This document shows, piece by piece, positions 15,301 through 27,969 of a DNA stretch of 64,000 nt. Each line of letters opens with the position of its first letter. The first letter of the stretch is position 1. A program made the position numbers and the translations under genes. Source of the stretch: the human T2T-CHM13v2.0 reference genome, Homo sapiens; assembly GCF_009914755.1 (NCBI RefSeq), contig NC_060929.1. One strand, given 5' to 3'. Under the pieces are notes generated by a model. It saw nothing but the letters and a program-made list of their open reading frames with translations, was not told the origin of the DNA and made no database searches.

Positions 15301-16496
15301 TAAAAATTATTTTACAAATGTATTTTTCTCCTCCTTCCTAATTAGTTTCCCAATTATTTTCTAAATATTACAGAAAGGCCATTCTTAATAAACTATAAAA
15401 AACAAAACCTTAGTTGTCAAATAAACACATTAATGGGATGGTGATTTCATTGGCTTTGATTCACGTATAACTGATCTTGCATAGCTATACTCAACTATAA
15501 AACTACCTAATTTTAATTCAATTATTTTCTGCATCTTTAAGTTATAATATTTATATCATGAATTTCACCTATAAAATTGTGCTTTGTATCTCTATACAAA
15601 CTGAATTAGCTGGACAGGTCTTCATTTTAGCTTTTTAAAATTATAATGAGGGGAAAGTGACAGAAAAGACCAATGGAACCAGTGAACTTAAAGGAACAAA
15701 ATCATTTTTTAAAGTGTTCTCAGGAATTGTTTTATAATTGTTTTTATTGCCTAAGAAATATTCTCCTTGACATTGCAAATTCTTTTTGTTATGCTAATGA
15801 ATGCACTTAGTCCTCATATTAAAAAAGAATATATACTATTTCCTTTTATAATAAGATTTTTTATTATATAAGTTCTTCGTTACTTTTAATTAGAAAATCG
15901 TAGTCATTCAAATGACACTGAAGGAAAATTTAGGAGATCATGCTTCACAAAGCACTGTCTGATATGTTTTCCATCAACAGGGCCCTTGAAACTGTTCAGC
16001 TTGTTAGGCATTTGCTATGGAAAATGCATCTATCTCTGAAAACAAGATGGAGGGAAATGCAGTCCTCATTTTCTCCAGTACTTAGTTGTTCAAAGGACTG
16101 TAGCAATTTCAAGTGGTACTAAAATATGCATGCATAAGGCTTGATCATACTAACAATGAAGAAGTATAATGAGCATTTACGATTTGAAGAGTTTCAAATG
16201 GATGTAAATTAGTATCTTATCTAAAGGGATAGAAAATATCCCATCAAGTTAAAGCTATTTTTCAGATTCTAATCTTATCATAAGCATTTAAAAAAACAAC
16301 CAGTATTTACTACTCTTGCTGAGAGCATATTGTGTTAGTTCATTTCCCCAATAGGAGAGCACTTCAAAGCTATCAAGGACTTTATCAACTCATAACAAAG
16401 TAAACAAGTGAGGGAGAAGGTGATGGTAATAACTGTGAAATGTCATTTAGGAAAATAGAATATAAATTTAAGAACAAGATGAATTTCATATCTATC

Positions 16497-16748
16497 TGCA
16501 TTAGTTTTCTATTGCTGTGTAACAAAGCACAAACACACTTGCTTAAAACAATGCTCCTTTATTCTGATCCAGTTCTGTAGGTGAAAAGTCTAGGCAATCT
16601 TAGCTTGACTTTCTGCTTAGGCAGTTTGAAGTCCAAAGTCAAGATGTCACATGGGCTGGACCTATCTGGAGGTTCTTGGGAAGATTCATTTCCAAGCTCA
16701 TTCTAATCGATGGCATAATTAAGTTCCTTGCTGCTATGGGACTGAGGA
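16497..16748 (-). mobile_element. MLT1 (E/F/G-type) MaLR LTR fragment
   Basis: tgcattagttttctattgctgtgtaacaaa...gcttaaaacaa...tccaagctcatt...gttccttgctgctatgggactgagg. Confidence 0.75.
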
Positions 16749-18334
16749 GGTAAAGAGCAGTAAGTCGCCACTTCTGTCTCTAATAAGGAAGGGTGGATGT
16801 TCCTTCTTCCTCCCTCATTCTTCCATTCTAATATTCTTTCCTTCCTATATTCCCTTTGTCTCCTCTATAAGGGAAACTGCAGGAATGGCACTTAAAAACC
16901 TTCCTTAGTCAGAGGAACTAGACTAGAAACACACATTCCAGTCCAGGTGTCTACAGAATGCTGTGCTAAGGTATGCATGTTTTTACTGCTGAAATGCCTG
17001 GTGTTCCTATTTACCATTTCTATTTTTAGTTCTACCACCCAAACATCATTTTGGGAGTTGATAAAAAATAAATAATTTTCCTTCAATGTTACTGTCAGAG
17101 CATTTTGTGCTATCACAAAAAAAAGGCATTAATTAGCATGCAAAATCAAGGACAGCTTTTTGTCTTTTCTCTAAATTACAGGATCATTGAAAATTCAGTC
17201 TTTGGTATCATTCTTGTTTTAAGATTTTTATATATAGAAATATGAACCACTACCAAAATCATTTTGCAAACTCCATACATTTACAAATTATTAATTATAT
17301 GTATTTATATCATAATAATTTTTTAAAGTACTTTCAGATATGAAAAATTGTTCACTTTTGCTACATCATCATAGAAAAGAGTTCTGTAAGCAAGCCTTTA
17401 GCTTTCTATAAATATTTCACAACGATAACAATTAATCTTCCCTGAAAATAGAAATAATTTAAAAAATGACAGTTTCCAAGGAACTGATTCAAAGTTACCT
17501 TTATCCTCCAAGTGCTAAACCTGGATAGAAGAGAACTCAGAAGTCTCCTAATTATTTGATTTTCACAAATAATTATCCAAAAGGTGTATTCAAAATGTGT
17601 TTCTGTGATAAGAACATTGCTCCAGAATATAAATCTTTGCTAAATATACCCTAACTTGGAATATATAATCAATTGTAATTTCCAATGTTCAAACTATATT
17701 ACAGGTATTTAAAAATTGTTTTAATATTGAGGGGACAAGGCCCAATTGTAAGGTCATTATCTCTGGTATCACAAAACAGTTGGCTCAAAAACTACTAGTT
17801 GAACTAAGCAAAAGTAATAATTATATATTTTTTGCAAATACACTAAATCAAACTCTCATAATTATTCTATACATATATAAATTATAATTTTTATTGTTGG
17901 TTGCTTACAAAATATAGTGGAAGCAGAAATATTTCTGATTATATTAAAGCTTAATCACTTCTATAATTTAATAGCTTCATGATATTATTTTGAAGACCTG
18001 GAGAAGAAATTACTTTAAAATTTTCTGAATTACTCTAAAACACACACACACACACCCTAAAATTCCATATATGTCTTGATCAAGGGAAGAATGCAGGAGA
18101 AAACTAAAAAATGGGTATCTATATCTGTTCTTATGAGATACTATTGCTGCTCTTTTCTATTGAACATGACACGATAAACTGTAGGCACCATGTTTTAATA
18201 AAAAAGAACATTTACTTTTTAGTATTTAAAATAGAGGAAAAACTACTTCCACCTGGTTAAATTTTCCCTTGGGTCAAATTGGCCCCAATTAGTCAATTAA
18301 TTCCCCATCAGTGTTACTTAAATGAAGAGCAGAT

Positions 18335-18514
18335 TAGATAGATAGGCAGATAGATAAGACATACTCTTATATCTATCTATCTATCTATACATACATACAT
18401 AAACTTATATCTTTCTCTCTCTATATATATCCATTTGTGTCCATATCTGTATCTATATAGATGTGTGTACATACACATCCATTTGTGCATATATATGTAT
18501 ATCAGTTTGTGTAG

Positions 18515-18552
<38 letters not shown>

Positions 18553-18755
18553 ATTTGTGTCCATATCTATATCTATATAGATATGTGTGTATGTATATAT
18601 ATCTCCATATGTGTGTGTTTATATATATATATATCAATTTGTGTGTATATATCCATTTGTGTACATATCTATATCTGTATAGTTATATGTTTATGTGTGT
18701 ATGCATATATATTAGATATATGTATGTGTGTATAATTTATATAGAGATACATTTT

Positions 18756-18795
<40 letters not shown>
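18335..18795. repeat. TA-rich low-complexity tract with (TA)n runs and a degenerate ~110-120-bp higher-order repeat
   Basis: atatccatttgtgt(c/a)catatct(g/a)tatct(a/g)tatag recurs at about 18427, 18547 and 18649. Confidence 0.85.
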
Positions 18796-18797
<2 letters not shown>

Positions 18798-19476
18798 CTT
18801 ATGTATCTCCAAATCAGTAAATGCCAGATTAGAGTCTTCCCACTTTTCTACTCTGATATAACTTGAACCCGACTGCATTCTCTTGAAAGAAATAAGCACT
18901 AAAAATGAATTTTTCAAGAATAGTGATTGCTTACTTTAAAATTTTCATTCTGACCCTCCCTAGAGCTGACTTGTCTCAAAGTTTAGAAGCCTTTCTCTAC
19001 CAAACCCAAGGTCTGGCAGAACCCCAGAGGCAACTTACCTGGAGTTTTTTTTTTTCTCATCTTCTGATTGATCTCATCTGAGGGCCAGGCTGAGAGGGTG
19101 GGGGTAAAGGGGTACGTCACATTACACACTTCAAGAGTCCATCACCTTCAACATTAATAAATCCACTGCCTTCAACATTCTGAAGCCTCTGGGCTCAAGA
19201 CCAAGAAATTTGTCTTCTTTCTGGTGTGAAATAAGTTTCTACATTTTTCCCTGAAGTAGTAGATGCAGTTATGGATCTCAACCTTCTGAGAAAAACTGTC
19301 TCCCTGTAAACAGAGTCTTTATCTTCATAGCCCCACAGCAATCACATTATTTTAATCAGAAAGACATTGGGTCACAAGATTTTCTTGAGCCCAACTCACA
19401 ATGGAACTGATTAGGAAATAACTAAATTACCTACGGACGAAAACAGATAAGTTAATATAAGATCTATTTGACTAGG

Positions 19477-19880
19477 TGTCAGGCCTCTGAGCCCAAGCTA
19501 AGCCATCATATTCCCTGTGACCTGGACATACACATCCAGATGGCCGGTTCCTGCCTTAACTGATGATATTCCACCACAAAAGAAGTGAAAATGGCCTGTT
19601 CCTGCCTTAACTGATGACATTGTCTTGTGAAATTCCTTCTCCTGGCTCATCCTGGCTCAAAAGCCCCCCCATCGAGTACCTTGTGACCCCCCACTCCTGC
19701 CCGCCAGAGAACAACCCCCCTTTTTCCTTTACCTACCCAAATCCTATAAAACGGCCCCACCCCATCTCTCTTCGCTGACTCTCTTTTCGGACTCAGCCCA
19801 CCTGCACCCAGGTGAAATAAACAGCCATGTTGCTCACACAAAGCCTGTTTGGTGGTCTCTTCACACAGACGCGCATGAAA
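19477..19880 (+). promoter_or_regulatory. 5' LTR7 (promoter)
   Basis: Duplicated cctgccttaactgatga block, ACAAAAGAAG at 19576-19585, TATAAAA at 19745, GC/KLF-type box gccccacccc and AATAAA. Confidence 0.95.
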
Positions 19881-20152
19881 CTTGGTGCCACACTTCAATC
19901 TCTCCCTTCTCTTAATTTCAATTCCTTTCATTTTCTGGTAGAGACAAAGGAGACACGTTTTATCTGTGGACCCAAAACTCCAGTGCCAGTCACGGACTAA
20001 GGAAGGCAGCCTTCCGTTGGTGTTTAATCATTGCAGGGACACCTCTCTGATTATTAACCCACGTTTCAGAGGTATCAGACCAAGCAGGGATGCCTGCCTT
20101 AGTCCTTTGCCCTTAGCGGCAAGTCCCGCTTTTCTGGAGGAGGGGCAAGTAC

Positions 20153-20307
20153 CCCAACCTCGTATCTCTGCACCCCGATCCCTTATTTCCACGCCCCAAC
20201 CTCTTATATCTCTGCACCCTGATCCCTTATTTCCATGCCCCAACCTCTTATATCTCTGCACCCTGATCCCTTATTTCCATGCCCCGACCTCGTATCTCTG
20301 TGCCCCT
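20153..20307 (+). repeat. 42-44-bp tandem repeat (about 3.6 copies) in the HERV-H leader
   Basis: cccaacctcttatatctctgcaccctgatcccttatttccatgc units start at 20153, 20195, 20239 and 20283. Confidence 0.9.
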
Positions 20308-20399
20308 ACCCCTTCTCTGCTTTTCTAGAGAGCAAGAACCCCCCCACCCCTTCTCCGTGTCTCTACTCTTTTCTCTGGGCTTGCCTCCTTCACTATGGG

Positions 20400-21690
20400 A
20401 AAGCTTCCACCTTCCATTCCTCCTTCTTCTCCCTTAGCCTGTGTTCTTAAGAACTTAAAACCTCTTCAACTCTCACCTGACCTAAAATCTAAGCATCTTA
20501 TTTTCTTCTGCAATGCCGCTTGACCCCAATACAAACTCGACAGTAGTTCCAAATAGCCAGAAAACGGCACTTTCAATTTTTCCATCCTGCAAGATCTAAA
20601 TAATTCTTGTCGTAAAATAGGCAAACGGTCTGAGGTGCCTGACGTCCAGGCATTCTTTTACACATCAATCCCTTCCTAGTCTCTGTGCCCAATGCAACTT
20701 GTCCCAATCTTCCTTCTTTCCCTCCCACCTGTCCCCTCAGTCCCAACCCCAAGTGTTGCTAAGTCTTTCTAATCTTCCTTTTCTACAGACACATCTGACC
20801 TCGCCCCTCCTCCCCGGGCTGCTCCTCGCCAGGCCAAGCTAAGTCCCAATTCTTCCTCAGCCTTCGCTCCTCCATCCTATAATCTTTTTATCACCTCCCC
20901 TCCTCACACCCGGTCCCGTTTACAGTTTCATTCCATGAGTAGCCCTCCCCCACCTGCCCAGCAATTTCCTCTTAAAAAGGTGGCTGAGGCTAAAGGCATA
21001 GTCATGGTTAACACTCCTTTTTCTTTATCAGACCTCTCCCAAATCAGTGAGCGTTTAGGCTCTTTCATCAAATATGAAAAACCCAGCCCAGTTCATGGCT
21101 CGTTCGGCACAACCCTGAGACGCTTTACAGCCCTAGACCCTAAAAGGTCAAAAGGCCGTCTTATTCTCAAAATACACTTTATTACCCAATTACCCGACAT
21201 TAAATAAAACTCCAAAAATTAAATTCCGGCCCTCAAACCCCACAACAGGACGTAATTAACCTCACCTTCAAGGGGTACAATAATAGAGTAGAGGCAGCCA
21301 AGTAGCAACATATTTCTGAGTTGCAATCCTTTGCCTCCACTGTGAGACAAACCCCAGCCACATCTCCAGCACACAAGAACTCCAAACGCCTGAACCGCAG
21401 CTGCCAGGGGTTCCTCCAGAACCTCCTCCCCGAGGAGCTTGCTACAAGTGCCAGAAATCTCGCCACCAGGCCAAGGAATGCCTGCAGCCCAGGATTCCTC
21501 CTAAGCCGCGTGTCCCATCTGTGCAGGACCCCACTGAAAACTGGACTGTTCAACTCACCTGGCAGCCACTTCCAGAGCCCCTAGAACTCTGGCCCAAGGC
21601 TCTCTGACTGACCCTTCCCAGATCTCCTCGGCTTAGCAGGTGAGGACTGACACTGCCCGATCACCTCAGAAGCCTACAAGACCATCACAG
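20400..21690 (+). pseudogene. gag: HERV-H gag remnant
   Basis: Zinc knuckle GACYKCQKSRHQAKEC (CX2CX4HX4C) encoded from 21434. Also QQFPLKKVAEAKGIVMVNTPFSLSDLSQI. The frame is disrupted and the start is approximate. Confidence 0.8.
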
Positions 21691-23830
21691 ACGCTCTAAG
21701 TAACTCTCACACAGTAGAAATTAAGTCCATCCCCTTCTTAATACAGAAGCTACTCACTCCACATTACCTTATTTTCAAAGGCCTGTTTCCCTTGCTTCCA
21801 TAACTGTTGTGCGTATTGACGGCCAGGCTTCTAAACCTCTTAACCATCCCCAACTCTGGTGCCAAATTAGCCAATACTCTTTTAAGCACTCCTTTTTAAT
21901 TATCCCCACCTGCCCAGGTCCCTTATTAGGCCAAGACAGTTTAACTAAGTTATCTGCTTTCCTGACTGTTCCTGGATTACAGCCACACCTCATTGCCGCC
22001 TTTTTCCCCAGTTCAAAGCCTCCTTCACATCCTCCCCTTGTATCTCCCCACCTTAACCCACAAGTATAAGACACCTCTACTCCCTCCTTAGCGACCGATC
22101 ATGCACCCCTTACCATCCTATTAAAACCTAATCACCCTTACCCCGCTCAATGTCAATATCCCATCCTACAGCACGCTTTGAAAAGATTAAAGCCTGTTAT
22201 CACTTGCCTGTTACAGCATGGCCTTTTAAAGCCTATACACTCTTCTTACCATTCCCCCATTTTATCTGTCCTAAAATCAGACAAGGCATACAGGTTAGTT
22301 CAGAATCTGTGCCTTATCAACCAAATTGTTTTGCCTATCCACCCTGTGGTGCCAAACCCATATACTCTCCTATCCTCAATACCTCCCTCCACAACCCATT
22401 ATTCTGTTCTAGATCTCAAACATGTTTTCTTTATTGCACCCTTCATCCCAGACTTTCTTCGCTTTCACTTAGACTGACCCTAACACCCATTAGGCTCAGC
22501 AAATTACCTAGGCTGTACTGCCGCAAGGCTTCGCAGATAGCCCCCATTAGTTCAGTCAAGCCCAACTTTCATCCTCATCTGTTACCTATCTTGGCATAAT
22601 TCTCATAAAAACACACGTGCTCTCCCTGCTAATTGTGTCCGATTAATCTCCCAAACTTCAACTCCTTTCCTTCCTAGGCATGGTTAGTGCGATCAGAATT
22701 CTTATACAAGAGCCAGGACCGCACCCTGTAGCCTTTCTGTCCAAACAACTTGACCTTACTATTTTAGCCTAGCCCTCATGTCTGCGTGCAGCGGCTGCCA
22801 CTGCTTTAATACTTTTAGAGGCCCTCAAAATCACAAACTATGCTCAACTCACTCTCTACATTTCTCATAACTTCCAAAATCTATTTTCTTCCTCATACCT
22901 GACGCATATACTTTCTGCTCCCTGGCTCCTTCAGCTGTACTCACTCTTTGTTAAGTCCCACAATTACCATTGTTCCTGGCCCGGACTTCAATCCGGCCTC
23001 CCACATTATTCCTGATACCACACCTGACCCCCATGACCGTATCTCTCTGATCCACCTGACATTCATCTCATTTCCCCATATTTCCTTCTTTCCTGTTCCT
23101 CACCCTGATCACGCTTGATTTATTGATGGCAGTTCCACCAGGCCTAATCGCCACACACCAGCAAAGGCAGGCTATGCTATAGTACAAGCCACTAGCCCAC
23201 CTCTTAGAACCTCTCATTTTCTTTCCATCATAGAAATCTATCCTCAAGGAAATAACTTCTCAGTGTTCCATCTGCTATTCTACTACTCCTCAAGGATTAT
23301 TCAGGCCCCCTCCCTTCCCTACACATCAAGCTTGAGGATTTGCCCCCACCCAGGACTGGCATATTAGCTTTACTCAACATGCCCCGAGTCAGATAACTAA
23401 AATACCTCTTAGTCTAGGTAGACACTTTCACTGGATAAGTACAGGCCTTTCCTACAGGGTCTGAGAAGGCCACTGCAGTCATTTCTTCCCTTCTGTCAGA
23501 CATAATTCCTCAGTTTGGCCTTCCCACCTCTACACAGTCTGATAACAGACCAGCCTTTATTAGTCAAATCAGCCAAGAAGTTTTTCAGGCTCTTAGTATT
23601 CAGTGAAACCTTTATATCCCTTACGGTCCTCCATCTTCAGGAAAAGTAGAACAGACTACAGGTCTTTTAAAAACACACCTCACCAAGCTCAGCCACCAAC
23701 TTAAAAAACACTGGACAATACTTTTACTCAGAAGTCAGACCTGTCCTCAGAATGCTACAAGGTACAGCCCATTTAAGCTCCTGTATAGATGCTCCTTTTT
23801 ATTAGGCCTCAGTCTCATTCCAGACACCAG
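21690..23830 (+). pseudogene. pol: HERV-H pro-pol remnant (protease, RT, RNase H, integrase) with deletions and stops
   Basis: Protease HSFLIIPTCPGPLLGQDSLTKL; RT YRLVQNL, PVVPNPYTLLS, YSVLDLK, LPQGF; RNase H FIDGSS; integrase VDTFTG*VQAFP and SSGKVE. Confidence 0.9.
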
Positions 23831-24423
23831 ACCAACTTAGACTGTGCCCCAAAAAACTTGTCATCCCTACTATCTTCTGTCTAGTCATACTCTTATTCAC
23901 TGTTCTCAACTACTCATACATGCCCTGCTCTTGTTTACACTGCCGGTTTACACTGTTTCTCCAAGCCATCACAGCTGATATCTCCTGGTGCTATCCCCAA
24001 ACTGCCACTCTTAACTCTTGAAGTAAATAAATAATCTTTCCTGACAGGACTATGCTAAATCTCCTTAGGCACTCTAATTAGATGTCCTAGGTCCTCCCAA
24101 TTCTTAGACCTTTAATACCTGTTTTTCTCCTTCTCTTATTCCGTTTAGTTTTTCAATTCATACAAAACCGTATCCAGGCCATCACCAATAATTCTAAATG
24201 ACAAATGTTTCTTCTAACAGTCCCACAATGTCACCCCTTACCACAAAATCTCCCTTCAGCTTAATCTCTACCACTCTAAGTTCCCACCCCCCTCTAATCC
24301 CGCTCAAAGCAGCCCTGAGAAACATCGCCCATTATCTCTCCATATCACCCCCAAAAAATTTCACCGTCCCAACACTTTACCACTATTTCATTTTATTTTT
24401 CTTATTAATATAAGAAGATGGAA

Positions 24424-24835
24424 TGTCAGGCCTCTGAGCCCAAGCTAAGCCATCATATCCCCTGTGACCTGCATGTACACATCCAGATGGCCGGTTCCTG
24501 CCTTAACTGATGACATTCCACCACAAAAGAAGTGAAAATGGCCTGTTCCTGCCTTAACTGATGATGTTGTCTTGTGAAATTCCTTCTCCTGGCTCGTCCT
24601 GGCTCAAAAGCTCCCCTACTGAGCACCTTGTGACCCCCACTCTGCCTGCCAGAGAACAACCCCCTTTTGACTGTAATTTTCCTTTACCTACCCAAATCCT
24701 ATAAAATAGCCCCACCCCTATCTCCCTTCGCTGACTCTCTTTTCGGACTAGCCCACTTGCACCCAGGTGAAATAAACAGCTTTATTGCTCACACAAAGCC
24801 TGTTTAGTAGTCTCTTCACACAGACACGAGTGAAA
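24424..24835 (+). promoter_or_regulatory. 3' LTR7 (poly(A) signal and potential promoter)
   Basis: Homologous to the 5' LTR, preceded by the PPT-like aagaagatggaa, and contains AATAAA. Confidence 0.95.
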
Positions 24836-26509
24836 CTAGGAGCTAGAAAATATTCTTGAAAGAGTCTGGAAACCCACTTTCTTAAGTGCTTATGAATCTT
24901 TGGCCAGTTGTCCAAGCTTCAGCTCTGCCTTATTTGCGAATCTTGTCTTGCCTCTCTTGAGGACACAGCTTCAAATCTCTCCCAGATGTCTTGTTGCCCT
25001 AAGAAGTGGATTCAGGACAACATCGATCTTCCCAGGATTCTCTCTCTCGTCACTCATGATAAGTCCACATTTCTCTCCTCAGTTTTTTTCCCTTCAGGAT
25101 AATCACCCTTGACCAAACCCACCATTTTCATATTGGAGAAGGGAAAATTAGAATCCATTATGCTATAACAATTTATCACTGATAGGTCATTTAAAATGTA
25201 AAGGAATTTTTGAAGGAGAGAATTGTAGAAATGCCAGTTATAGCCACAGTCACAGAGCTCTTAATAAGAAAAAAGGCTGATTAAATATAGTCACAGTTTG
25301 GAATCTCAAAAGGCATGTACAGAGCCTAATAAATCTGACAACTTTTGAAGACAGAGCATAAAGAATCAGCAGGAGAAATCTAAGGACTAATCTGCCTTTG
25401 GATTGAGAACACTTTGAACACGGTACAGCACACAAAAGCCTAATTCACAGGATCAGGAAGTGTACATCATAGAATGAGCACTGAAAACAATCTAGGAAAA
25501 GTTGAGATGGTAAAGGGCTTCAGGCAGAAAATATGCTTTAAAATGGATAGCATCTGAGAGAGAGGTTACTCAGATAGTGATCTAAATTTAGACAATTTAA
25601 CCGTTAATGACTGAGGACAAGGAATATGACACGAGATAACAAAATATGCAATTAATAGGAAATTCAGGCTACTGGTAAGTCCATAAAAAAGTAAAAATAG
25701 AATATATTGAATTATTTGACTAGATTTAAACAGGAGAAAGCTTAGTTATAATTATTTTAAATAATGATCTAACACACAAAAATTGTGAGGTAATATAATA
25801 AGAACAAGGATAAGCAAAGAAAGAAAAATATTGCTTATACATTCAGGCAAAGATGTTTGTAGAGAGCTGAAAAGTTATTAGGATTTAGCATGTTAAGACC
25901 TTGTTTCTAATAACTGATAATAAAATGAAATGACATATAAAAATGTGAATACTAACCAAAATAATGTCAAGTGACACAGACAAAATTTTGAGCAAGAACA
26001 CTGTTGCCTATTATTCAAAATTGATGTTATATTATTTTGGACCTATAATTTATATATTATTAAAACTTTTATCATTTCTTTAGTTTTTATTCTCAGCCTC
26101 AGCCAAGTCTGATGTTAAACATACATGACTTCTCTGCTTCCACCTCTCACCTCTCCCCAACACATGTTAAATATGCCCTAGAATATCTGAATCCAATTAT
26201 AGGTAAGTTAGCACAGTCAAGTCTACAGTGTTGTACTCTATGAACGTTATATGACATATCCTCATTATTCTCTCCTGAATTTGTATGCTGTAAGTCATTG
26301 ATGATCCCCATTACAAAGCAGCCCTTTACCAAGGTCTTGCTTTACATGTGAAACTTGTTAAAGTTTTATATATAACTCTATTTCTCACTACCTGTGCCAT
26401 AGGAACAAGTGAATGAATTTAAGAGTGTGAATAGCCTATAATGGCTTAGTAGGAGATTTCATCAGAACATTTGTATGGCATTATATTGAAGATTCCTGTA
26501 GCTAAGATT

Positions 26510-26750
26510 GCTGCTATTTTTTGAGTGTCTGTGATGTCCAGAGGCACTCTTCTGATGCTTTACACAAATTATCAAATTTAATGCTCACATGAGAAGCTAT
26601 TAGATAGAAATTATTTTTCCTATTTTATAGTTACATATTTGAGGGACAGAGAAGTAGCTTCCACAAATACAATATTCAATAATTTATTTTTGTCATGGTC
26701 AGGATTTTAGCCTTATTTTATCTGTCTTTAAAATGTATACTTGGAACCAC
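26510..26750 (-). mobile_element. MIR
   Basis: ttgagtgtct...gctttacacaaattatcaaatttaatgctcaca...cctattttatag...gagggacagaga matches the MIR reverse complement. Confidence 0.7.
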
Positions 26751-27201
26751 TTTGATACCTGTGCACAGAAAAATAGGACAGCAGCAAAGTAAATGGCTCA
26801 CAACACAATTTTACCTAAGGTCATTTCTCTCCTACTAGGATGTTAGCTGAAGCCAAGATATAGATCATTACTGAAAAAGAACTGTAAAATGTTCTAATCT
26901 TGATAGGCTTCAGAAATAAAAGAGATTGTAGGGTGTTTGGTAAGAGAGGCAGCTGTCACTTGCCAGGAAAATGTAATTCTTTCAAAACAATGTCAGAACT
27001 TCCTCAACAGAACTGGGTTCATTTACATCAAATGAGGGTTTAAGATAGGTTATTACAAGATATTAATAATATTTAATCCACAGTACATAGCACTAATTGA
27101 AGAAACATGCAAATTTTGACCATCGAAGAGACCACTGAAGATAACATTCCCTACTTTATATTAATTTTCTTTGTGAATTTAAGACAGATTAAGAAAAGGT
27201 A

Positions 27202-27606
<405 letters not shown>

Positions 27607-27969
27607 TTAAATAAAAGAGACAAAGGGATGTCAAAGGATAAACACTAACAGAGAAAAATTAAGAAAACAATGAAGAAGAGTATATCAATTACAAATAAAA
27701 CAACAAATACCGAAAAAGAAATAAACATAACCATTCTCTGAAGGGGAAACATCAGGAAAAATTAAATGCTAGAAAGGAGGAGTTCATAATCGTTGTCTTA
27801 ATTAATAATTTAAACTACTTTAGATAGAACAAAATGAATCACTGGTCTGTATACATTTGATTAAAGAATGTCCCATTGTTCATTGGAAAGCAATTCAGTT
27901 CAGGCCAGCAATAATTTTCCAGATGATGTCACTCAGAACTAATTAAAATGAAACACAATTTTAAGAATT

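Larger units (their letters stand above)
19477..24835 (+). mobile_element. HERV-H provirus (LTR7-int-LTR7), 5359 bp, env-deleted type
   Basis: Two LTRs (TGTCAGG...TGAAA), perfect 5-bp TSD CTAGG (19472-19476 and 24836-24840), gag/pro/pol remnants and a purine tract before the 3' LTR. Confidence 0.98.

Noticed and set aside
18377-18866. Y/I-rich ORFs
   Set aside because: Translations of (TA)n low-complexity sequence.
19477-24835. Replication-competent or protein-coding HERV-H
   Set aside because: PBS apparently deleted, many stops and frameshifts, pol deletions and no env ORF.
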